The notes below the pieces were generated by a model. The model was not told the origin of the DNA. It was given only the letters and a program-made list of their open reading frames with translations, and did not search any database. The position numbers were made by a program, and so were the translations under genes. A stretch of DNA of 64,000 bases from Mytilus edulis (lineage: Eukaryota). The stretch covers positions 5,766,001 to 5,830,000 of the forward strand of contig NC_092357.1 of NCBI RefSeq assembly GCF_963676685.1. Direction: 5' to 3'. Shown here piece by piece: positions 1 to 10,521 of the stretch (within the stretch, counting starts at the first letter, position 1; every line of letters starts with the position of its first letter).

Positions 1-887
1 TTTGTCCCGTCTTGTAGCATGAGAAAATGCGCGGTGACCTATCATTTTTATTACATTTTTCAACATGTATCAATAGATACAACGTTTTGGCAAACTATGA
101 ACAAATTTTTATTTTAGACTCCCATACCACCTTAAATATGTCGGTTGAGTAGTTGACGTTATATGAATACCAGGAATACACTTAAATGGAATCAAAACAA
201 ATAAAAGGATACAAAGCCATAAGAGGTTTAAAACTTAAAGCAAAAATACACAGAACATTATTATAGTACATTGTGTCCATCAAAATAACACCAGTGTTAT
301 TCTGTTTGTTGGTTTTTCTAATTTATTGGTAACAAGATCATTTGCATTTTAATGTTCAAACATTCAATTCATCTCAAAATTTATTAATTAACACATTCCT
401 TATCTTTCTAGTCTTGTGTATCATGCTCATATTTTCTTGATTAAAAAGAATTGATATAAAACTAAAATCAATACTGCAATTGGTCAATCTATTATATGGA
501 GAATATCATGTGGTTTTTCAATATCACATCTGTATCAACTCGATACATCAATATAATTGCAAGAGATTTCTAAGGATCATATTGGTTAAGGGTTGATACG
601 ATGTGTGATTTTTAAAGACAAATCATATTCATTTTGTTATATATCTCAAGTAGATGTTTTTATGTGACATGACGTTATATAGATAAGGGTATTGATAAAG
701 CCTTTGCAACTGTTACTGATATCGATGACGTGACTTCATATAAATTAAAGGTGTGATTAAGCCTTTGCAACTGTTAGCTGGTACATGACGATTGCCGTTG
801 ACCGTATTGCACATACAATGTATCTGTATAGGCGCTTTTTATTTACAGAATCTGCATCATGATTATGTTGCAGATGCAAGTCATTAA

Positions 888-1153
888 GATGGTACATAAC
901 ACTACAGGGAGATAACTCTGTAAAATCAGCTTAACGTTTTAATTACGTTGTGTTGTAAAGGGAATATTACGCTTCTCAATGATCATGTTTGTCAAACTAC
1001 TATAAAACCAGTGGTTTTTTTCTGACAAAACGGTAAGTTCAAAATTTTTGAAATTTCTATATTTTTGTTTAAGGGTCAAAGTAAATACTTTGTCACAATT
1101 TTATCAAAAATAAACGAGCCAAGTTTATTATAGTAAAAGTGTTGGGTACCACC
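888..1153. mobile_element. Non-autonomous TIR element (MITE) with TTAA target duplication, Kolobok-like
   Basis: TTAA at 884-887 and 1154-1157; TIRs GATGGTACATAACACT / AGTGTTGGGTACCACC; non-coding. A similar right end (CCATACCACC-TTAA) lies at ~122-135. Confidence 0.7.
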
Positions 1154-1182
1154 TTAAGATGTCTGAGTTTTCGGGTTGTCAG

Positions 1183-1331
1183 AACACAATGGACTTGGTC
1201 TATTGAACAGATACAGTGAAAAAAACAAATTACAGCAGACACGTGTTTATACATCTTCCGTAGAAGAAATGAAAGGAAAGGAAATGGTCCTTGATTTTCA
1301 GAAACGCTTTGAGAATTTAAAGCTGAAATAA
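1183..1331 (+). CDS. Possible terminal coding exon of an unidentified gene
   Basis: Follows ...gttgtcAG; 49 open codons (EHNGLGLLNRYSEKNKLQQTRVYTSSVEEMKGKEMVLDFQKRFENLKLK*); AATAAA motifs downstream (~1355, ~1399). No homology recognised. Confidence 0.25.
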
Positions 1332-1700
1332 AGAATGCATGCTTGTTCACTTGAAATAAAACATAGAGAAATGTGATTCTATTTATTTGTATTTCCTCAA
1401 TAAAAGTTACCCTTTAAGTTGCACGTAGTTGGCTTAGAAATTTGTATTTTCTAATGTATAGTAGTTTGAGACTTATTATGTAACAGTTAAAGTGTACACA
1501 TTAGCATTTTTTTTCTTTAATTCATATTTTTTAAATTTAATTATATTCAAAAGTTTAACACGTTTCTGTTGAAAATGCAATTTCTTTGAGGTCAATTTAT
1601 GTCCTAGGAAATGGCGAGAATGCATATCTTTTTTTCCCTAGCTACACATCTGATGTATTTATTCTAAGTATACAATAACTGGCATTACAGTTCGGCGTGA

Positions 1701-1942
1701 TCAATATAGTTACAGCCAAGGTAATCATGTTCTGATAAGAATTCTACGATAAACTAGGCATAACAAGCATGTGAAGAATAATGCTTTCGTCCGATGACAT
1801 GATAAAATCATCCATAACTGTATCGCGTGCTCAATATTGTTACAGCCAAGATTATCATGTTCTGATCAGAATTCTACGATGAACTGAGGATAGCATGTGT
1901 AGAATAATGTTTTCGTCCGATGACATAATAAAAATCATCCAT
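1701..1942. repeat. Tandem duplication of ~125 bp (2 copies)
   Basis: tcaatat.gttacagccaag...atcatgttctgat.agaattctacgat...ttcgtccgatgacat...atcatccat occurs at ~1701 and ~1831. Confidence 0.8.
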
Positions 1943-2534
1943 TAAAAGGCAATTGAAGACATTAAAAAGGACTCGTCACGTTATCTCATAGACATGACAG
2001 AATTGTGTAATAGTCATTAATTTGATTGTAACGATCATCGCAGAAAGAAATAAACAATAAGAAATTACGAGACGTTTTATGAATACCAATGTGGTAAGAC
2101 TAAAACATATAAACGCTTACACCATACCGTATGGACTTCAACTATAATCAAAACGCATACCATTTCGATGAAATACATAAAAAGCTTTACTTTATAAGTA
2201 AAATTAAACACATTCTAATTTGTACAGAATCCATGGATGAACTGAAATATAATCGTTGTAATTAATTCGAAAAAGTGGCTACATGTAAGACTTCACTTAA
2301 ATATAAACCATATCCTTCCATTTATATAGCTTTCCAACAAAAATTAAGAAAAAAGAAGTCTGATATGATTGTCAATACGACATTTCTTCTTCATCAAAAA
2401 AGGACGATGATGTGAAGGTGTATAACCACCAGATCATAGTTTGTCACATCCGGTTGTATACGATATTAGGTCGATAAAAAATATTCCCTTGAATTTGACA
2501 GTTTTAGCTAATCAATTTTACATTTCATTGCAGT

Positions 2535-3299
2535 AAAAGAAGAGGGACGAAAGATACCAAAGGGACAGTCAAACTCATAAATCTAAAACAAACTGACAAC
2601 GCCATGGCTAAAAATAAAAAAGACAAACAGAAAAACAATAGTACACACGACACAACATAGAAAACTAAAGAATAAACAACACGAACCCCACCAAAAACTA
2701 GGGGTGATCTCAGGTGCTCCGGAAGGGTAAGCAGATCCTGCTCCACATGTGGCACCCGTCGTGTTGCTTAAGTGATTACAAATCCGGTAAATAGTCTAAT
2801 TCGGTAGGTCATATTCATGAAAGGGAAGGGGATTGTAGTTACGACGTAAGGAACATATCCGATATCATTTGTGAAACGGTTATTCCATAACGGTCAACCA
2901 ACTCGTGATGGCGTCCGTAAAATTTATGAAGGGATGATTTCAACTTCACCATTTCGAACTCTTGGTTTAATAGCTTCCTTGTGAGCAGCAAACCTCTATC
3001 AAGAAAATCATGATAGGAAATGCAAGCACGGGAATATCGTATCAATTGGGAGATATATACCCCGTATGCAGGTGCTGCTGGAATGTTGCTACTTAGAAAT
3101 GGAAAGTTCACAATTGGAAAGCTGAAATCATCTCTTTTGTCGTAAAGTTTTGTTTTCAACCGACCCTTATTGTCAATTTCTAGATGTAAGTCAAGATATG
3201 AAGCCGACTTAACTGTATCTGTAGTATCCTTTATCTCTAGTTCGATTGGATAGATGCGTTCCACATAGTCACCAAATTTTGAATTGTTTAGTGAAAGAA
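2535..3299 (-). mobile_element. 5'-truncated Penelope-like retroelement (RT C-terminus plus 3' UTR), Naiad/Chlamys-like layout
   Basis: ORF 2839..3339 encodes SASYLDL...KLYDKRDDFSFPIVNFPFLSSNIP..PAYGVYISQLIRYSRAC, a PLE RT thumb/C-terminal region. It ends without a GIY-YIG domain and is followed by a ~300-bp UTR repeated throughout the window. Confidence 0.8.
2839..3299 (-). pseudogene. Penelope-like reverse transcriptase C-terminal fragment
   Basis: Motifs YLDL, YDKRDDF, SQLIRY..AC. The N-terminal ~13 aa of the called ORF derive from flanking DNA. Confidence 0.75.
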
Positions 3300-4205
3300 A
3301 ACATTTCTGGGTTATAAACATATATTTTGTGTATGTCAAAGCACCATATTTTTTTTATTTGGGGTTTCTATAGAATATTTTGAAAACTTGAAGTTACATG
3401 ATTACTAAAGCCTGCGCACAGGTAAAAAAAGGTGAAAAATTAATTGGTTAACTTTCAGTGACGGTTATTTTCCTATATGCAATGAATTGTAATGTAAAAT
3501 TGTCTGTATAGTACTTGACAGGGTAAAAATTTAATAATGCCAAATATTTCGTCATTAAAAACAAAGATAAATTCTGCACAATAGTTTGAAAATGCAAATT
3601 TATCAAAGACTAATAGGGGAAATCAATAGTGGTATTACACGTAAAGACTGTACGACCTTAATCAATAAGCAAAATTATACTATGTTCTTAAATATTACAC
3701 TAAATAAAGGCAACAGTAGTATACCGCTGTTCAAAACTCATAAATCCATGGACAAAAAACAAAATCGGGGTAACAAACACTAAATGACTGCAATATATCT
3801 TTACACATAAACTGATTCAATAGGAAAACACTGCAATCGACATTGCAAAGGTCTTACGCCTTAATCCATGGTCATCATCTCGAATTGATTGGAAGGTTAT
3901 CTTAATTCACTAGCCCCATGATTTATCTTCTCGGGTTTTCACAAATGGCAAGTTAAGTATCTTCAATTTTATTATTAAGCACATGTTTCCTTGAATTAAT
4001 CCAGTATTTTTCATTATTCATAAGCAATAATACGACACAATTTTTATATGGTCGAGTTAACCTAAGAAGAATTTTGCTATTCAAATTAGGTATTTTGTAC
4101 ATATAGCTCTTCAACGGTTTCGGTACTTATACATCTTCTGATTTCTTTTTTTTTTTTTTTTTCAATTTTTTTTTTTTTTTTCAAATTTCAAATGTTTGGC
4201 TTTGA

Positions 4206-4247
4206 CCGTTCCTGATGAAGGTAAATCCAGAAAAGCGGTTCGGTCGC
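4206..4247 (+). ncRNA. Minimal type I hammerhead ribozyme-like motif (family B) inside a dispersed repeat ~4050..4280
   Basis: ccgttc-CTGATGA-aggtaaatcca-GAAA-agcggt-TC-ggtcgc. Related copies on the minus strand at 28390..28431 and ~25409..25560. Confidence 0.55.
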
Positions 4248-4943
4248 AAGAAATAATAAACGTGTTGTTTTCAATTTTTTAATCCTTATAGTTCATTATT
4301 CGTTAAATAAAAAAATATATAGTGATTTGGATATATTTGTTATTTAGTGCAGTTGTATTGCGGGTTTTCTTTCAGGCCTCCATGAGTATGTCTACAATAT
4401 GATTCTGATAACTTGATTATTAGATCGTTCATAAGAGAACAATCTGTTATTAATCTAATATCAGTCAAATGGGAATCAAATAACAGTGCAATTATGAGTT
4501 TTAGTTGCTTTATTCACACCTGCAAATCACAAATGAAATACTAAGTAAAGGGTTGTTGTTGTTTTGATTTTAATTAGACTCTATTTAAGGGCAAAGAGGA
4601 AAGACATTCAATTCTGAAAAGCGTTTTTAATCTGAAATCAGGTTGATATTATTGATTCTTGAATATATAGAAATATGCTTTATCTATTATAGGAAAAGAG
4701 GATTTTATACTTGCTTTTTTTCTAAAATGATTTTGTTAATGGAAAATTGAATAATGAACGATTAAAAATATTAAACAATAAGCCCCTTTATCAAACCTGA
4801 TCGGAAAATAGATTGACTCAATTCATTGTATGTGATATATTTTATCAAAATGTATGAGTTTAATGTTTGAATCCAAAACTCAAAATACCAAAGCCATTGC
4901 GTGACTTTCGGACAACTTTTCTTTTCATTATCACTATATATAG

Positions 4944-5242
4944 AACAAGAATGTGTCTATAGTACACGAATGCCCCACTCGAACTATCATTTTCTATGTT
5001 GAGTGGACCGTGAAATTGGGGTCAAAACTCTTATTAGGCATTAAAATTAGAAAGATCATATCATAGGTAACATGTATACTAAGTTTCAATTTGATTGGAC
5101 TTCAACTTCATCAAAAACTACCTTGACCAAAAACTTTAACTTCAAGCGAGACAGACGGGCAAACAGACAGACGAACGAACAAACGAAGGAATAGACACAC
5201 AGGCCAGAAAACAAAATGTTCCTCTACTATCGACATAAAAAT
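4944..5242 (+). mobile_element. Non-autonomous Helentron-like (HINE/DINE-type) element
   Basis: Starts aacaagaatgtgtc, has a core 'actaagtttcaa.ttgattggacttcaact', a (GACA/GAAC)n microsatellite at ~5150-5195 and an A-rich 3' end. Confidence 0.55.
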
Positions 5243-5669
5243 AACACACCTTTGTTAAACAGTTCGTAAAGTATGATTTTGAATAGGATAAAAAAAAATG
5301 TGATGCAAACAATGTTTTATGTTAGTAATATATATCCATCTATTTTTTTTTTATTTCATATACATTTCAAATATTCCGCTAGTGTGTAATGAAGATGAGG
5401 AAATCCTGTTTAAAATGTTTGCAATTAAACCTTAACAAAAGGGCACTTAGAATTGAATTTATAATTATTCATACTTCACTTTGACAATATCCGTATTGTA
5501 TTTTGTTTTGTCTTCATTTTTCTTTTCGTATTTAATACAGACAATAGTTTTAATGGCCTCAAAACGTTCAATATTGAAAGTCCATTATAAAACGACATCG
5601 TTTCCGATAACTAAATGAGGAATATCGAACTGACATGTTTTATTTATCTGTTTAAAGTATTTGACTGTT

Positions 5670-6119
5670 ATAGAATGAAATTCAAAACAGTGTGGCTGTG
5701 GCCATTGATTGACACATTAAATTCATCCATTGACTGGGACAATTTACGTGAACGTTTGTCTGTAACAACCACTGTTCACGACGAACCTACGATAGACATT
5801 TAAACTGTGGGGTCACCAAAGGTTTCTTAACGCCTTTAATTATAAAATAATTCGAAAAATTAATCAGGAATAACCTTTATGTTTTGATTTATATAATTGA
5901 TATAAATCAAAACATCGTGTTATTTCTGATTAATTTTTTCGAATTACTTTTTTAAGGTGTTGAGAACCTTTGGTGACCCAATAGTTTAAGTGTCTTTAAA
6001 TAGTATATAGTGAGCAGTGGTCGTTACATACAAACGTTCACCTAAATTGTCCCAGTCAATGGATGAATTTAATGTGTCAATCAATGGCCACAGCCACACT
6101 GTTTTGAATTTCATTCTAT
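5670..6119. mobile_element. Foldback element / long palindromic MITE (~450 bp)
   Basis: ATAGAATGAAATTCAAAACAGTGTGGCTGTGGCCATTG... is mirrored at 6119 and the arms pair almost to the centre (~5895). This explains the mirror ORFs 5615..5803 and 5986..6201. Confidence 0.9.
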
Positions 6120-6738
6120 TTGTATTATACAATTCCACATAGTTTATACATAATATGTATATTTGAATATGCTTTGTTTGACATCCACAATATTCATGCA
6201 TACTGTCGATTCTTTATTTTAACGCATGACTAGTCACGCACGTTTGTTAAGAAAAAATCGGGTTAGCTTTGTAGCTTTTCAGTATTGAAAGCATTTTGTG
6301 AATGCTTACTCCTAGAATTGCAGTTATATTGGCAGGTATATGCTGATAAATATCGCTTTAAAGTTGTGTTGAGTCACTTCTCCAAAATAAACACTGGTTT
6401 TGATTTTATAAAGCAAAGACTACATTTAATTTATTTTTTAAAGTAGAAAAAAAAACATTATAGTTAGTAAAACATTTCATATATGTTGCTTCGATGAGTG
6501 GAACACAACGAATTACGCAAAAGATTGATAATATTTTTTTTTTTTTTTTTTTTCAACATAATAATATTTATTCATCTAATCTTGCTTGTTACAAGTTTCA
6601 CCAAGAGTCCAAGCTTCTCTTGATTTACCCTGTTACACTCCACTGATTATCCAGGGAAATAAACAGCTGATCAAACTTATTAAGTTATAAAAAATAATAT
6701 AAAGTTGTATAGTTGTCTTATGCAGAGATTTATCAATG

Positions 6739-9700
6739 CTAAAAATTCTTTCTAATTGACAATAATATTGGACATCTTGATTTATATGCATCTATTCTTT
6801 TATTAAATTCATTTTCAAAAATGCTAAAGACATCAACAGTTTTTGTTCTCTGCTCGGATACATAGTATGACTTATATATAGAAAAACTTAATACTGTTAG
6901 TATATAATTCAGAAAATAATAATTACTATCTGTGATTTTATATCCAAATCCCAGATGTTGCAATTTAATATCAAAATCTATTTTACTTCTTCTAAAGAGT
7001 TCATAGATTTTTTGCCAAAATTTATTCAAATATCTACACTTCAAAAAATAGTGAGCATAATCTTCTTCTTGCTTACAAAAATTACATTTATCTGTCTTAG
7101 TTACTTTCCACTGCAATAACAGTTTTTTAGTTGGAACAATATAATGTAATAATTTCCATCTAAATATTTTTAATTTATTTTCAGTCATATATTCAAAAAT
7201 AAATTTGTACAATGAATTCATATTAAGAGTTTCTTGTATTGATAGGATTCTAAGCCATCTGTTTATCCCTATTGACGACTCTAGTTTTGTATTTACCAAA
7301 GAGTTGTATAACATTTTATTTGTTAATAATGTAGTCTCAATAAAATTATTTTTCCATACGATTTTATTTCTCTGAATATTAATTGTAGTTTTGACAGAAC
7401 TCTCTTTTTGAACAATTTGAATCCATTCTACTGGTATAGATTTTTTTAATTTTTGAAACTCGGCGATCCAGTTTATTTTTAACTTTAATTTGTTTAGAAT
7501 GTAGATTTCTGATAATGACATTTTATCATCTAAGATATCATTTATGTAAATTAAATCACTCTTAATCCAGTTCTCAAATATGATTGGTTTATTATCAAAT
7601 TTTATATATTTATTTCCCCATATTACTTGCTTTCTAATATCAAAAAATGTGTCTGGTTGTTTTGTTTGCCCCCCGCCAGTCAAATTCCAAGACTTTATTA
7701 CTTCTTTATAAAACACAGGAATATCTTTAAGATATCTTAAAGATTTGATATCACTAAAATTCATATTAAATATTGACAAAATATTGTTTGAGACATTTAA
7801 GTATTTAAATGGTATAAGCTTCCAAGTCTCAAGTTTACCATTTACCAATCTATTTACCCATGATGCTTTTAAAGCCACAAAATAACTTTTAAAGTCTACC
7901 ATTTTAAGACCCCCCTTCTCATATGGACCAATCATCATGTTTCTTTTAATCTTGTCTGGTTTCCCATCCCAAATATATTTATAGCTACTGTTTTCTATTT
8001 CTTTTATATAATTTTCTGGGGTTAGACATACGCTTCCCAAGAAAGTAAACAAAGGCAATATTAAAGTCTTTATAATTAGGATTTTTCCTAAAATAGAAAG
8101 ATTTCGTTTTTTCCATATCATAAATAATTTATTCATCTTTTCTATTTTACCATTCCAGTTTAACTTTTTGCATTCTTCTTTGTCATGTCCGAAAAACACC
8201 CCTAAAGCTTTAATAGGTTTATCTCCCCACTTAATCCCGACAATTTTATCTTTACAAGATTTCAATTTTCCAATCCATAATCCCTCCGTTTTATTTCTAT
8301 TTAGTAGTAAACCTGAAAAGGAACCAAAAATTTCTATTTCGTTCATTGCAGCTACCACATCGTTTTTATCCTTGCAAAATAGTGTTGTGTCGTCTGCTAA
8401 TTGTGAAATCTTGATACTATGACTTTTCCCATCTAATTTTATATTAATTCCTTTTACATTTTTATTATTTCTTAATCTCTGGGCCATAATTTCAACAGCC
8501 AAAACAAATAAAAGAGCCGATAAAGGACAGCCTTGTCTTATTCCACGTGAATTTTTGAAAGTTTCTGATACCCACCCATTGTTCATAACACATGTTTGTA
8601 TATCTGTGTACATTGCTTTAACCCAGTTAATAAATGAATCGTTAAAACCAAAATGTTTCAATGTTCCAAACATAAAATCCCATTCCAATGAATCGAACGC
8701 TTTTGTAAAATCTACAAAAACTAATGCCCCCTTAATATTATATGTGTCTGCGTAGTCTATTACATCTTGAATTTGTCTCAAATTAAACCCAATAAATCTG
8801 TTTTTAACATAACCGGTTTGGTCTTCATTTATAATTTTTGGCAGTACCTTTTTTAATCTTTGAGCTAGAACATATGACAAAAGTTTAAAATCTACATTTA
8901 GAAGTGAAATTGGACGGTAGTTTTCCAAAAGTAAAGGATCTCCTTTTTTAAATATTAAAGTTAATATACTGGTACGTTGTGAGTATGATAAACTTTGTTT
9001 ATCGTAGCCAGTATTTAGAACATCCACAACTAAAAATTTAAGTTTATCCCAAAATTGTCTATAAAATTCAACCGTTAGACCATCAAGCCCTGGTGATTTA
9101 TTTAGTTTCATTTTATAAATGCCTTGCGTGCATTCCTCTACTGTAACTTTTCCATCGCATATCAGTTTATCCTTTTCGTCTACTTGATTTTCTAATTTTG
9201 TGTCATTGATATATTTTTCAGTTAAATTTTTATTTGCAGATTTTACATTATACAAGTTTTCATAGAAATTTTTTATTTTATGGAGTAAATTTTCTTGATT
9301 AGTAATTAATTCCCCATCATCTCCTTTTAGTTTGCTTATTGATTTTTTCACTTGCCTCTTCTTTTCTAGACCGAGGAAGTAGGAATTGTTCTTTTCCCCA
9401 AACTCAACCCATTTTTCTCTAGATCTAATTTGTGCCCCTCTTGCCTTTTCGTCATAAATGTTACTTAATTCTTTTTCTATATCTTTAATTTCTTTTTCCA
9501 AATTTTGATTTTCATCATTATTTCTCTCATCTATAAGTTCCATCTTTTGTTCCAGATCTTGTTCTAAACTACGCCTTCGCTCTCTTGTTAACTTCGCTTT
9601 ATTTCTACAGTAAGTTGTAGTTACTTCCCTTACCTCGATTTTAAATCCATCCCATAAAAGCCTACAATCTATTGAGTCTTTTTTAAATGTATATTTATCA

Positions 9701-10521
9701 ATTAAACATTTTATACATTCTTGATAATCTTTATTTTGTTATACTGAGTTATTTATTTTCCAATACCCATTTCCCCTTTCTGATAACCCTGGCTTAAATT
9801 TTAAAAATACACTTTGGTGATCAGTAGACTGTTTAACAGCCGGTTTAATTTTACACCATTCTATAAGAGGTAAAAATTCTGACCCAATAAAAATCATGTC
9901 TAGTCTACTAGCTTGTGATTTATCCTTTCTTCTCCATGTAAATTGCTGTTTATTTGTGTTTAAATTTCTCCAAACATCCGTTAATTTGTTAGTTTTTATT
10001 AATTGCTTTAATCCGTTAACAGGTTGAATAAATTTACCAGTACATAAAGACTTTCTATCGATTGGTTTAAGTGCATCATTAAAATCTCCCCCTAGTATAT
10101 GTATACCAAGACTGTATTCTTTCAAATTATCGCTTACTTTTTAAAAAAAAGAATTTCTTGAAGTTTTACAGTTCGGTGCATATATGCTGGAAAATGTGAA
10201 AATAGTATTATTTAATTGCACATTAATAAGTATAAATCTCCCTTCACTATCACTAAATTTATTTATAAATTCAAAGCTCAGTGACTTTTTAATTAAAATA
10301 GCTACACCCCTACTAGCTGTTGTACCGTTACTGCAAAAAGTTTCATATTCTGTTTTATTTTTAATTTCTCTTTCAATATTTTCGTCAAAATGTGTTTCTT
10401 GTAAAAATGTAATTTGACTTTTCTGTGCTTTTATCCATTCTATTACTCTATTCCTTTTCCCTCTAGAACCGATGCCGTTAACATTGAGATTACATAAGTT
10501 AATTGTATGTGCTAAAGCCAT
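6739..10521 (-). pseudogene. LINE ORF2 (APE endonuclease - reverse transcriptase - CCHC zinc finger), ~1260 codons with two in-frame TAA stops
   Basis: Track ORFs 10141..10521, 9739..10125 and 6739..9543 are all in one frame, separated only by TAA at 10141-10143 and 9739-9741. APE motifs NVNGI, LQETH, IYAPN, GGDFN, SRLD, TDH; RT motifs KSPGLDG, YRPISLLN, DFTKAFD, GIRQGCPLS, QLADD; C-terminal CNFC..EEDYAHYFLKC. Confidence 0.95.

Noticed and set aside
2525-2755. Small hydrophobic protein family (also ORFs at 13986, 17541, 18825, 35559, 35782)
   Set aside because: These are translations of the T-rich 3' UTR of the Penelope-like repeat; frames are not conserved between copies.
2760-2838. SECIS element in the Penelope-like 3' UTR
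   Set aside because: ATGA and AA are present, but I could not form the required helix with a GA quartet, and the fragment has no in-frame UGA.
5615-6201. Two ORFs sharing MKFKTVWLWPLIDTLNSSIDWDNL
   Set aside because: Artefact of the two arms of the palindromic element.
10131-10150. Frameshift in ORF2 at the homopolymer run
   Set aside because: Counting shows the downstream piece is in the same frame; it is an in-frame TAA, not a shift.
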